This document shows positions 37,915 to 47,244 of a stretch of DNA of 64,000 nucleotides, in pieces. Source of the DNA: Dehalococcoidia bacterium (GTDB taxonomy: Bacteria > Chloroflexota > Dehalococcoidia > SM23-28-2 > RBG-16-64-32); contig CAXXTF010000002.1 of NCBI GenBank assembly GCA_963665775.2, positions 512,001 to 576,000 on the forward strand. The letters run 5' to 3'. Position 1 is the stretch's first letter; each line of letters begins with the position of its first letter. The translations under genes were made by a program, and so were the position numbers. Under the pieces are notes generated by a model. It had not been told where the DNA came from and made no database searches. It saw only the letters and a list, made by a program, of their open reading frames with translations.

Positions 37915-38415
37915 TTGTTCGGCATTGGCATCGCCAGGGGGATGACGCTAACCCTGCGTCACCTGTTCCGGCGCCCGTTCACGGTGCAGTATCCGGAGGA
38001 ATCGCGGCCGGTTCCCGTCACCGCCCGCACCAACCTGCTCTGGTTCGAAGAGCGGTGTACGGGCTGCTCCACCTGCGCCCAGTCCTGCCCCGACGGCTGC
38101 ATCCTGGTCCAGACCTCGCCCGGGGAGGACGGGAGCCTGAACGTGGACCGCTACGAGATCGACATGCGCCTCTGCATGTATTGCGGCCTATGTGTGGAGG
38201 CTTGCCCTTACGACGCGATCCAGGCCGGCGGCCCCCTTGACGACGCCGTCTATGACTTCAACGAGCTATATCGCGAGAAGCGGAAGCTGACAGAGATGGC
38301 CCAGGAGCACCTGCGCAATCACGAATGGACGTACCCTAACGGCATGAAGGCCCCTCGACCGGAAGAGAAGCCCCTCCACGTGGGGCTCCCGGTGGAGCGG
38401 GACCGCGTGAGGTAG
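37915..38415 (+). CDS. nuoI: NuoI-like 2x[4Fe-4S] subunit
   Basis: GM..TL.H....T.QYPE, CTGCSTCAQSCP, CMYCGLCVEACP. Confidence 0.87.
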   Translation: MFGIGIARGMTLTLRHLFRRPFTVQYPEESRPVPVTARTNLLWFEERCTGCSTCAQSCPDGCILVQTSPGEDGSLNVDRYEIDMRLCMYCGLCVEACPYDAIQAGGPLDDAVYDFNELYREKRKLTEMAQEHLRNHEWTYPNGMKAPRPEEKPLHVGLPVERDRVR

Positions 38416-38418
38416 AGG

Positions 38419-41091
38419 TTGCCACGCCTTACTATTGACGGTCGTGAGATCCAGGCCCCGGACGGCGCACCCCTGGTCGAGGTCATCAAGAACGCCGGCA
38501 TATACATCTCCAACCTCTGCTATCTGGACGGCCTACCCGCATACGCCGGCTGCCGGACCTGTCTCGTAGAGATCGAGGGCGCGCGCGGCCTCCAGCTCTC
38601 CTGCACCACGAAGGTCGCCGACGGCATGGTGGTCCGCACCGATACCAAAGAGGTGAAGGACTCCCGGCAGGCGGTGCTGTCGCTCATCCTCTCCTACCAC
38701 TCGGACCGCTGCCTTACCTGCCATCGGGTGGTGAAGTGCAGGCCAGGCGACACCTGCCTGCGCGATGACACCGTCACCCACCGCTGCCTTACCTGCTCCA
38801 AGAACTACCGCTGCGAGCTTCAGAACAGCTGCGAGATGCTGGAGATGGCGGGCTACGAGCCTTGGGACGGGGAGGAGCGCACCTACTACACCCTCCCGCA
38901 GCCGGAGCCGGATCACGGCAACGCCTTTCTGGAGTTTGACCCACAGATGTGCATCATCTGCACTCGCTGCGTTCGCGCCTGCGACGAGATCCGCCACACG
39001 GGAGCGATAACCCTTGCCGGCCGCGGCTTCTCGACAAGGATCGCCTTCGGCGTCGGCGGGCCGGTAGACGAGTCCAACTGCGACTTCTGCGGCGCCTGCA
39101 TCGACGTCTGCCCAACGGCTGCCCTGATGGAGCGCCCCAACAAGTGGGCGGCTGCCCAGGTGGAACGCTGGCTGCCCACCACCTGCACTCAGTGCTCCGT
39201 CGGTTGCACGCTGAGCCTGGGCGTGAAGGACGGCCGGGGCGTCATCGTGAGGCCGGACGCCACGGGCAACCCCGTCAGCGCCGACCAGCTATGCGTGCGG
39301 GGCCGCTTCCACTACGACGCGATCAAGCCCTGGCAGCGGCTTTCCCAACCCCTGCTCCGACGCAACGGCGCCCAGGAGACGGCCTCCTGGAACGAGGCGC
39401 TGGAGTTCACCGCCGCCCGTCTCGCTCAGATCCGACAGGAGCACGGCCCCCAGGCCATCGGCTTCCTGGGCTCCCCCTTCGCGACTAACGAAGAGAACTA
39501 CCTTCTGGGCAAGATCGCGCGGGCCGTTGTCGGCACAAACAACGTGGACTCAAGCGTGGGATCGGTGGCCCGTGCCGCCGCCGCCGCCCTGCGTCGGGCC
39601 TTCGGCAGCGAGGTGTTGCCTGCCGACCTGCTGCGCCTCGCCCAATCGAAGACGATCCTCGTTGTGGCTGATGACCTGGAGTCCAGCCACAACGTAGCCT
39701 GCCTGCGTATAAAGGACGCCGTGGTGCGGAACGGGGCGCGGCTCGTCGTCGTCAGCGCCCGTCGCGGCGAGCTGTGCGACTTCGCCGAGGTGTGGCTGCA
39801 GCCGCCGCCCGGCCAGGAGGCGGCAGTCGTGGCCGCCCTGGCCGCCGCTCTCCCCGTGACGAAGGGCTTCCCCGCTACTGAACCATCGCCGCCTCCTCCA
39901 CCGGGGGTACAGGACTCGCTGCCGCTGGCCGTCGATCTGCTGGCGGCCGCTGTGAGCGACGAGGCTCAACGCCCCCTTTCGCTGGTTTACGCGCTGCCGC
40001 ACTTCGGAGCCGAGGCCGCGGGGGCGACCACTGCGGCGCTGGCCAATATCGCCATCGGCTGCTCTGGAGAAGAGGCAACGCAGGCGCTGCTCGTTCTGCC
40101 CCAGGAGGGGAACGTGTGGGGACTGCGAGACGCGGGCGGCTCGCCCGACTTGCTCCCCGGCTACCGCTCGGCTGGGGAGGAGAGCGCGCGGCAGGAGGTA
40201 GAGCGGCTGTGGGACGCGCCACTGCCCTCCGTCCCGGGGCTGACCTTCGAGGAGATGCTGGCTGACGGGCGGCTCAAGGCGCTGGTGATCCTGAACGACA
40301 ACCCGCTCATGCTGTCGCCAAACCAGGGAGTACTGCGCCGCCGGCTGGAGCAGCTCGATCTCCTCGCTGTGATCGACGCCCTGGCCACGGACACGGCGCA
40401 GCTGGCGCATGTAGTCCTGCCTGACGTAGGGACCTATGGCAAGGCGGGGACGACGACAAGCGCCGACCGCCGCATCCTGCGCCTACACGCGGCAACGGCG
40501 CCTCAGGGGGAGGCCCAGCCCGCCTGGCGTACACTGGGTGAGCTGGGCGCGCGGCTGGCGCAACGCTTACAGGCGGGAGATGTCCGGATTAGTTATGCGG
40601 GCCCGGACGCGATCATGGAGGAGATGGCAGAGGTCGTACCGCTTTACAGGGGCGCTACCTATAAGGCGCTGGACTCCGGTGCCCGGCAGCAGCTGAACGG
40701 CCTGGCACCGAAGACGGCAGACTTGCAGGCAGTGCCGCATCTCCTGCCGCCCTCTCCAAGCGGCGACGGCTTCCTCTTGACCACGGGTCGCAGCCTGTAT
40801 ACGAGCTACGAAGGAGCTGCCCTCCACTCGCCCGAAACCGATAAGCTCCACCGGGAGGAGTTCGTGGAGATCAACCCGGCCGATGCCGTTGCCCTGGGCA
40901 TCACCGAGGGCGACCAGGTGGTGTTGCGAAAAGGCACCGTGGAGCTCGCCATCTGCGCCCGCATCACGGCGGCCGTACAGCCGCGGATGTTATACGTCCC
41001 CCTCTACTATGACGGGGGAGCGGTATGTGCCCTATTCGAGAGCGGCACGAGCGTCGAACAGGTCACGGCGACCGCTGCCCATGACGGCTAG
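38419..41091 (+). CDS. NuoG/FdhA-like molybdopterin-oxidoreductase-family protein, probably non-catalytic
   Basis: 2Fe-2S (C...GCRTC..C), HxxxCxxC region, two CxxCxxC ferredoxin motifs, CTQCSVGC..C; NNVDSSVG in place of the FDH Cys/Sec-His motif. Confidence 0.85.
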   Translation: MPRLTIDGREIQAPDGAPLVEVIKNAGIYISNLCYLDGLPAYAGCRTCLVEIEGARGLQLSCTTKVADGMVVRTDTKEVKDSRQAVLSLILSYHSDRCLTCHRVVKCRPGDTCLRDDTVTHRCLTCSKNYRCELQNSCEMLEMAGYEPWDGEERTYYTLPQPEPDHGNAFLEFDPQMCIICTRCVRACDEIRHTGAITLAGRGFSTRIAFGVGGPVDESNCDFCGACIDVCPTAALMERPNKWAAAQVERWLPTTCTQCSVGCTLSLGVKDGRGVIVRPDATGNPVSADQLCVRGRFHYDAIKPWQRLSQPLLRRNGAQETASWNEALEFTAARLAQIRQEHGPQAIGFLGSPFATNEENYLLGKIARAVVGTNNVDSSVGSVARAAAAALRRAFGSEVLPADLLRLAQSKTILVVADDLESSHNVACLRIKDAVVRNGARLVVVSARRGELCDFAEVWLQPPPGQEAAVVAALAAALPVTKGFPATEPSPPPPPGVQDSLPLAVDLLAAAVSDEAQRPLSLVYALPHFGAEAAGATTAALANIAIGCSGEEATQALLVLPQEGNVWGLRDAGGSPDLLPGYRSAGEESARQEVERLWDAPLPSVPGLTFEEMLADGRLKALVILNDNPLMLSPNQGVLRRRLEQLDLLAVIDALATDTAQLAHVVLPDVGTYGKAGTTTSADRRILRLHAATAPQGEAQPAWRTLGELGARLAQRLQAGDVRISYAGPDAIMEEMAEVVPLYRGATYKALDSGARQQLNGLAPKTADLQAVPHLLPPSPSGDGFLLTTGRSLYTSYEGAALHSPETDKLHREEFVEINPADAVALGITEGDQVVLRKGTVELAICARITAAVQPRMLYVPLYYDGGAVCALFESGTSVEQVTATAAHDG

Positions 41092-41142
41092 TGGCAGGCC
41101 GCAAGAATCTGCGTTTTCGTGAAGCATCCAAAGACCCTTCGC

Positions 41143-41166
41143 CGCCCCGACGGGCCCGTCGGGGCG
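41143..41166. terminator. perfect palindrome downstream of the nuoG-like gene
   Basis: CGCCCCGACGGGCCCGTCGGGGCG. Confidence 0.5.
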
Positions 41167-41190
41167 CTTACGGTGACAATATGACCCAGC

Positions 41191-41297
41191 GTCATTCCCA
41201 GCCCTTCGCGCCATGATATTCTGAGCCCTTCGCTCTGTCATTCTGAGCGAAGCGAAGAATCTGGCGCCCCGCTCAGGATAAACTCCGCGAAGAATCT
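41191..41297. repeat. nested cluster of REP-like GTCATTCTGAGCGAAGCGAAGAATCT elements
   Basis: Complete copy at 41237-41262 inside a split inverted copy (CCCTTCGC...CGCTCAGGAT), itself inside a split direct copy (ATTCTGAGC...GCGAAGAATCT). Confidence 0.8.
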
Positions 41298-41384
41298 CGC
41301 TCCGCAGGCGAATTACCATAACTGAGCGCTGGTCATGCCCTAGACTCGACTTGTGCTAAACTTTAGCTGCCCAACGGCGTCTCC

Positions 41385-41618
41385 ATGAACAGCAACGACG
41401 AATCCCTGGTCGCGATCGGTGTGGCCCATGACGAAGTGGAGGCCACTATTTGGCGCGACTCTTTGGAGCGCGAAGGGATCGTCGTTTACGTGAAGAACGC
41501 AGACCCGCTCACACCCCTCGGTGTCGCCCCGTTACCCGGTAGCCAGCAGCTGTTCGTGTTGGGTAAGGACGAGAAGAGGGCCCGCTTGATACTGGGCGAC
41601 GGGGAAGATTCGGCCTGA
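41385..41618 (+). CDS. DUF2007-like small protein
   Basis: EA.I....LEREGI...., LFV...D..RA..IL. Confidence 0.7.
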   Translation: MNSNDESLVAIGVAHDEVEATIWRDSLEREGIVVYVKNADPLTPLGVAPLPGSQQLFVLGKDEKRARLILGDGEDSA

Positions 41619-41628
41619 GGCTCTAGCC

Positions 41629-42279
41629 GTGGACGTGCCTCTATTTCCCCTAAACTCCGTCCTTTTTCCGGGCGCCACACTGCCCCTGCACATCTTCGAG
41701 GCGCGATACAAGGAGATGATCCGCCGCTGCCTGGAGGAGAATATTCCCTTCGGCGTCACCTTGATCCGTAAGGGGAGCGAGGTAGGTGAACCGGCGGAAC
41801 CGTCTGAGGTGGGGACTCTGGCTCACATCACCCAGGTGCGTTACCTGGACGAGGGACGCATGAACCTGATCTGCCGGGGCGGGCAACGATTTCGTCTGCT
41901 GAAGACGCTCCACCAGACGCCCTACATCATGGGTGAGGTGGAGACCCTGTTGAGCGTGTCCCCGGACGATGCCAAGGCGCTGGAGCTGTCTGACACGGCA
42001 TCGGCCCTGTTCGGGGAGTACTACCGGCTGCATCTAGCCCTCTCCAATCAGTGGGCTCGCGTGCTGAGCATGCCTAGGGGCCCGGACGAGCTCGCCGACT
42101 TCATCGGCTGCCATTTAGAGATCGGTCTGTGGAGCAAGCAGAGGCTCCTGGAAGAGCTGTCGACGCCACGACGGCTGGAGATGGAGATCGAGATTCTGGC
42201 CAGTGCCGTTCGGGAGATGACGCCGCGGGTGGAGGAAGCTCGGTCTGCCCGCTGGCGCGACCTCGGCACGATAAACTAG
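41629..42279 (+). CDS. LON peptidase substrate-binding (N-terminal) domain protein
   Basis: PLFPLNSVLFPG..LPLHIFE.RY. Confidence 0.9.
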   Translation: MDVPLFPLNSVLFPGATLPLHIFEARYKEMIRRCLEENIPFGVTLIRKGSEVGEPAEPSEVGTLAHITQVRYLDEGRMNLICRGGQRFRLLKTLHQTPYIMGEVETLLSVSPDDAKALELSDTASALFGEYYRLHLALSNQWARVLSMPRGPDELADFIGCHLEIGLWSKQRLLEELSTPRRLEMEIEILASAVREMTPRVEEARSARWRDLGTIN

Positions 42280-42298
42280 GATCTATACGGAGAGGTGA

Positions 42299-42973
42299 TC
42301 AAGACCCCGCCAGAAGGGTAGCTGCCCCCTCCCAGTCGGCGAAGTCCTCGAAGGTCAGCTGCGCGCCGCAGTCACGTAGCTCCTGGGCGCTATGGCGGCC
42401 GGTTGCCACCGCGATGGCAGTAGCCCCGTTGGCCAGCGCCGAGGAGACGTCATGAGGCGTATCGCCGATGATGAGCACGTCCCTGGGGCTGGCCCCATCG
42501 GCCCACCGCTGAATGGCCAGGCGGACGACCTCAGCCCGGTCTTCGCTCTCCTCGCCGAAGCCCCCTCCTACGAAGAAGTGATCGATGCCGTAGTACGCCA
42601 GCTTAAGGTGGGCGCCCTGACTAAAGTTGCCGGTGGCAAGGCCCAGCCGCAGGTGGGGGCGCTGGCTTAGCCTTTCCAACAGCTGTGGGAAGCCCGGCAT
42701 GAGCCGCCCCTTCTTCTCCTGGAGAGCAGCCGGTAGGAAGGCGATGTAACGGTTGGCAAACTCCGTCAGGTGCGCGTCCCGGTCTCCCTCGATTCGGTTC
42801 TGGCGGAGCGCCTCCGCGAAGATATAGCGGTCGGTGCGACCGGCAAGCTCCACCTTGGCCAGGCCATCATCGATCCCGTAAAGCTCCCGGAAGGTGTTCT
42901 CCATGGCGAAAACGCCGGCACCGCCGCTCCAGAGGAGGGTGTTGTCGATGTCGAACAGCAGAATCCTGGACAC
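42299..42973 (-). CDS. HAD-family hydrolase
   Basis: LFDIDNTL, LATGN, IIGDTPHD. Confidence 0.9.
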   Translation of the reverse strand: MSRILLFDIDNTLLWSGGAGVFAMENTFRELYGIDDGLAKVELAGRTDRYIFAEALRQNRIEGDRDAHLTEFANRYIAFLPAALQEKKGRLMPGFPQLLERLSQRPHLRLGLATGNFSQGAHLKLAYYGIDHFFVGGGFGEESEDRAEVVRLAIQRWADGASPRDVLIIGDTPHDVSSALANGATAIAVATGRHSAQELRDCGAQLTFEDFADWEGAATLLAGS

Positions 42974-43054
42974 GCTTAGCCGCTAGCCTTTCGGGCGGGG
43001 CGTCCGCAACACACCGTTAGCGGTGGCGTCGAGAAGGACCGGCTCACGCCGCGC

Positions 43055-43390
43055 TTACTTCTCCACGGGTAGGCCGGCCTTGATCCAGGCGTCAGTGCCG
43101 CCCTCAAGGTTGTACAGTCGGGTTACGCCGGCGGCGGCGGCCATCTCGCAGGCTAGCGCGCTGCGCTGGCCCACGGCGCACACGAAGATTATCTCCTTGT
43201 CCTGAGGGATCTCCTCACGGCGGGTGTAGACCGAAGCGACGGGTATATGTTTGGCCCCGGGAACATGGCCCCCGTTATACTCGTGGGGCTCGCGCACGTC
43301 GATGATGGCGACATCATCTTTGCTCAGCATCTCCCGCGCCTTCTTCGCATCGATTCGGGTGAAGGGCTCCTGTGGGTCCTTGGTGACCAT
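43055..43390 (-). CDS. single-domain rhodanese
   Basis: IDVREPHEY..GHVPGA, CAVGQRS, LEGG..AW. Confidence 0.92.
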   Translation of the reverse strand: MVTKDPQEPFTRIDAKKAREMLSKDDVAIIDVREPHEYNGGHVPGAKHIPVASVYTRREEIPQDKEIIFVCAVGQRSALACEMAAAAGVTRLYNLEGGTDAWIKAGLPVEK

Positions 43391-43473
43391 AGAGGGACCG
43401 CCTCCTATCTGTCGAGCACCTGATTTGGCACTTGGAATTCTCCTTACGAAATTGTAACATCGCCCAACCGTAA

Positions 43474-43501
43474 TTGACAGGCCCTCGCCCTCGCGTATGA
43501 T
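43474..43501 (+). promoter_or_regulatory. strong sigma70-type promoter
   Basis: TTGACA-N16-TATGAT, about 190 nt upstream of the next CDS. Confidence 0.65.
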
Positions 43502-43506
43502 GACGA

Positions 43507-43685
43507 GCGGAGGTCTTCCACCGCCGGGTCACGTGTTCGCTTCTCGGGACTGTGACCGCGCAGCGGCGTTCCTACCGATATGACCGGCCCTACCACTATC
43601 GAGTGCGGCATTCAGATGGGTTCCTGCAACCCGCGCTCCGCCAGCGATGGCGAGCCGAGCCAGCGGCAGCGCACCGCTGCCGGCT
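43507..43685 (+). ncRNA. candidate structured RNA / long leader with a 6C-like scaffold
   Basis: Multiple hand-identified stems after a near-consensus promoter; see findings. Confidence 0.45.
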
Positions 43686-43690
43686 AAACG

Positions 43691-44698
43691 ATGCCGTCCC
43701 CCCGCGTCTATGTGACACGCCGCCTACCGGGCGGTGCGCTGCCCCTGCTGGCCCAAGGCGTGGATCTGCAGGTGTGGGACGGTGAGCTGCCCCCTCCCCG
43801 AGAAGACCTCATTCGCCAAGCAGCGACCTGCGACGCTCTTTTGACCCTCCTGACCGATCGGGTAGACGAGGAGCTGCTGGCGGCAGCACCACAGCTGCTC
43901 GTGGTCAGCAATATGGCCACTGGCTTCGATAACGTAGACGTGGCCGCCGCCAGCCGCAGGAATGTCCTGGTCACACGCACCCCGGGCGTTCTCAGCGAGA
44001 CGGTAGCCGACTTCACGTTCGCTCTGATCTTGGCGGCGGCGCGCCGGGTAGCAGAGGCGGATCGCTATGTGCGCAAGGGGCTGTGGAAGAGCTGGGGCCC
44101 GGAAGTGATGCTGGGACAAGACGTACACGGCGCCACACTGGGCATCGTCGGGCTGGGGGATGTGGGCGCGGAGGTGGCACGCCGGGGCCGCGGCTTCGGC
44201 ATGCGGGTGGTCTACCACAGCCGCACACCCCGGCCCGCCCTGGAGCGCCGCTACAGGCTTGAGTACCTCCCTCTGGACGAGCTGCTGCGGCAGGCCGACT
44301 TCGTTTCCCTTCACACGCCCTTGACGGACCAGACCAACCATCTGATAGGCCGGCGCGAGCTCGATCTGATGAAGCCCACGGCGGTGCTGGTGAACACAGG
44401 GCGCGGGCCGCTGGTGCAGGAAGCAGCTCTGTACGAGGCGCTTACCGAAGGAAAGATCGCGGCGGCGGCGCTGGACGTGGCGGACCCGGAACCCATGGCG
44501 CCGGACAACTCGCTGCTAACCCTGGACAACGTGATCGTGACCCCCCACATCGCCAGCGCCAGCGTAGCCACGCGATCACGTATGGCGATGCTGGCGGCCC
44601 AGAACCTGCTGACGGCGCTCCAGGGTAGGGTTCCGAAGGACACGGTTAATCCGGAGATCGGCCGCCGCTGGCGCGCCGCCTTCCGAAGCCGCCGCTGA
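43691..44698 (+). CDS. D-2-hydroxyacid dehydrogenase (glyoxylate reductase/D-glycerate dehydrogenase family)
   Basis: ATGFDNVD, GIVGLGDVG, VNTGRG, ALDV..PEP, TPHIAS. Confidence 0.92.
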   Translation: MPSPRVYVTRRLPGGALPLLAQGVDLQVWDGELPPPREDLIRQAATCDALLTLLTDRVDEELLAAAPQLLVVSNMATGFDNVDVAAASRRNVLVTRTPGVLSETVADFTFALILAAARRVAEADRYVRKGLWKSWGPEVMLGQDVHGATLGIVGLGDVGAEVARRGRGFGMRVVYHSRTPRPALERRYRLEYLPLDELLRQADFVSLHTPLTDQTNHLIGRRELDLMKPTAVLVNTGRGPLVQEAALYEALTEGKIAAAALDVADPEPMAPDNSLLTLDNVIVTPHIASASVATRSRMAMLAAQNLLTALQGRVPKDTVNPEIGRRWRAAFRSRR

Positions 44699-44755
44699 CG
44701 AGCTTCACGCCCAGCAGAGGAGCCACATGCGGCAACCCGGTCTCCGGCGACTGTA

Positions 44756-44785
44756 TTGCCTGGGGTTGACACGCTATGATATACT
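44756..44785 (+). promoter_or_regulatory. tRNA operon promoter
   Basis: TTGCCT-N18-TATACT with TG extension. Confidence 0.5.
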
Positions 44786-44811
44786 CTGCGAACCTGGGCC
44801 CAAGAGGGGGG

Positions 44812-44888
<77 letters not shown>

Positions 44889-44889
44889 G

Positions 44890-44973
44890 GGGGAAGTGTC
44901 GGAATGGTAGACGAGCGTGATTTAGGATCACGTGCCGAAAGGCGTGGGGGTTCGAGTCCCCCCTTCCCCACCA
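44890..44973 (+). tRNA. tRNA-Leu (TAG)
   Basis: Acceptor GGGGAAG/CTTCCCC, CGTGA-TTTAGGA-TCACG, long variable arm GCC-GAAA-GGC, encoded CCA. Confidence 0.97.
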
Positions 44974-45061
44974 CACTGAGCGGATTAGGTACCGCCTCCC
45001 GGCTCGCAACGGCGGACCGAGAGTCTCCCCCTCGTGGGAGTACGGTCATAAGGAGGAGCCC

Positions 45062-46069
45062 TTGGCAGAACCGCTCCTACGGGTAACAGGTCTCAAAACC
45101 CAATTCAACACTGAGGAAGGCATCGTCAAAGCCGTCGACGGCGTCTCCTTCGATATCCAGGCCGGGGAGATCCTAGGGCTCGTGGGCGAGAGCGGCTGCG
45201 GCAAGAGTGTCAGCGCCCTCTCTATCCTTCGGCTCATCCCTAACCCACCCGGCAAGATCGTCTCCGGCGAGGTCATCTTCGAGGGAGAGGACATGCGCGA
45301 AATGTCCGAGTCCGAGATTCGGCACGTTCGCGGCAACAAGATCGCCATGATCTTCCAGGAACCGATGACCTCCCTCAACCCTGTCCTCACCATCGGCCGT
45401 CAGATCACCGAGACCCTGGAACTCCACATGAAGATGAATCGCCGCGCCGCCACCGATCGCGCTGTGGAGCTGCTAACCATGGTGGGAATACCGGACGCCC
45501 GCGCCCGCATCGGCGACTATCCGCATCAGTTCTCCGGTGGCATGCGCCAGCGGGTCATGATCGCCATGGCCCTCTCCTGCGACCCCAAGCTTCTCCTGGC
45601 TGACGAGCCCACGACCGCTCTCGACGTTACTATCCAGGCCCAGATACTTGACATCTTGACCCGCCTCACCCACGAACTCGGTACCGCCGTCATCATCATC
45701 ACGCACAACCTGGGCGTAGTCGCCCGATACGCCGCCCGCGTGAACGTGATGTACGCGGGCAAGATCGTTGAGTCGGCAAACGCCGATGAGCTCTACCGTA
45801 ATCCCAGGCACCCCTATACTCTCGGCTTGCTCAAATCCGTACCCCGCCTTGACGAGAAGCTCAAGACGAAGCTGGATCCTATAGATGGGATGCCTCCGGA
45901 CCTGGTCAACCTGCCCGCCGGCTGTTCCTTCCAACCCCGCTGCGTCTTCGCCGTTGACCGATGCAGGGAGGAAAGCCCATCCCTCATGGCCGTCGCTAAC
46001 GAGCACCACAGCGCCTGTTGGGAATGGGAGCGAGTGGCGGAGGCAGGCAAGGCAGCCGCACCCGCTTAG
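45062..46069 (+). CDS. oppD: oligopeptide/dipeptide ABC ATPase
   Basis: GESGCGKS, MIFQEPMTSLNP, YPHQFSGGMRQR, C-terminal Cys cluster. Confidence 0.9.
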   Translation: MAEPLLRVTGLKTQFNTEEGIVKAVDGVSFDIQAGEILGLVGESGCGKSVSALSILRLIPNPPGKIVSGEVIFEGEDMREMSESEIRHVRGNKIAMIFQEPMTSLNPVLTIGRQITETLELHMKMNRRAATDRAVELLTMVGIPDARARIGDYPHQFSGGMRQRVMIAMALSCDPKLLLADEPTTALDVTIQAQILDILTRLTHELGTAVIIITHNLGVVARYAARVNVMYAGKIVESANADELYRNPRHPYTLGLLKSVPRLDEKLKTKLDPIDGMPPDLVNLPAGCSFQPRCVFAVDRCREESPSLMAVANEHHSACWEWERVAEAGKAAAPA

Positions 46070-46081
46070 AAGAGGTAGCAC

Positions 46082-47110
46082 ATGGCTCAAGAACAAGTCT
46101 CACAGACCCCCGCCTCTGGCCCCGATGGCGATGTCCTGGTCGATATCCGGGACATAAAGATGTACTTTCCGGTTACCGCCGGCCTCATCTTTCAGCACAA
46201 GGTAGCCGACGTTAAGGCCGTGGACGGCGCTACCTTCCAGATCCGCCGTGGCGAGACCTTCGGACTGGTGGGAGAGAGCGGCTGCGGCAAGACCACCCTC
46301 GGTCGTTTGGCCCTTCTCCTGTACAAGCCCACCGGCGGCAGCATCCACTTCGAGGGCCGAGACCTTGCCAAGCTGAAAAGCGGCGAACTCCGCCGCATGC
46401 GCCGCCACATGCAGATGATCTTCCAGGACCCGTACGCCTCTCTGAACCCCCGCATGAGCGTCGGCAGCATCATAGCTGAGCCCATCATAATCCATAATCT
46501 CGCCAGGAGCCGCAGGGAGCGACGCGAGCGCGTCCAGGAGCTCATGCAGACCGTCGGCCTCAACCCCTACTACGCCAACCGCTACCCGCACGAGTTCTCG
46601 GGCGGGCAGCGACAGCGCATCGGCATCGCCCGCGCCCTCGCCGTCGAGCCCGACTTCGTAGTCGCCGATGAGCCTATCTCTGCCCTCGACGTCTCGATCC
46701 AGGCCCAGATCATCAACCTCATGCAGGATCTCCAGGACCAGTTCAACCTCACCTACCTCTTCATCGCCCACGACCTATCAGTTGTCCGTCATATCAGCAA
46801 CCGCGTCGGCGTCATGTACCTGGGCAAGCTCATGGAACTGACCGACCGCGATGAGTTGTATGAGAATCCGCTCCATCCCTACACCAGGGCCCTCCTCTCC
46901 GCCGTCCCCATTCCTGACCCCGCTATCGAAGCGACCCGCGAGCGTATCATCCTTCACGGCGACGTGCCCAGTCCCATGAGGCCACCACCTGGCTGTGTAT
47001 TCCACACCCGCTGTCCCATCGCCATCGACGAGTGCAAGCAGGCCGTCCCGGAATGGCGCCGAGTGGACAGGGGCGGCAAGGAACACTGGGTAGCCTGCAT
47101 CAGGGTCTAG
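46082..47110 (+). CDS. oppF: oligopeptide/dipeptide ABC ATPase
   Basis: [39 protein letters not shown]. Confidence 0.9.
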   Translation: MAQEQVSQTPASGPDGDVLVDIRDIKMYFPVTAGLIFQHKVADVKAVDGATFQIRRGETFGLVGESGCGKTTLGRLALLLYKPTGGSIHFEGRDLAKLKSGELRRMRRHMQMIFQDPYASLNPRMSVGSIIAEPIIIHNLARSRRERRERVQELMQTVGLNPYYANRYPHEFSGGQRQRIGIARALAVEPDFVVADEPISALDVSIQAQIINLMQDLQDQFNLTYLFIAHDLSVVRHISNRVGVMYLGKLMELTDRDELYENPLHPYTRALLSAVPIPDPAIEATRERIILHGDVPSPMRPPPGCVFHTRCPIAIDECKQAVPEWRRVDRGGKEHWVACIRV

Positions 47111-47244
47111 CCGGTACGACGGTCTCTGGCGGCAGGTGCATAGGGAGCTTCCGACGATTGCGTCTGAATAGGGGATGTCACCGTCTCCGAACGAGAGGCC
47201 GCCAGTCGCGGCTGCAGTTCACATAACGCGCCCCGGCCTCTAAC

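Noticed and set aside
38419-41091. Selenocysteine formate dehydrogenase
   Set aside because: No in-frame UGA and no catalytic Cys/Sec-His motif
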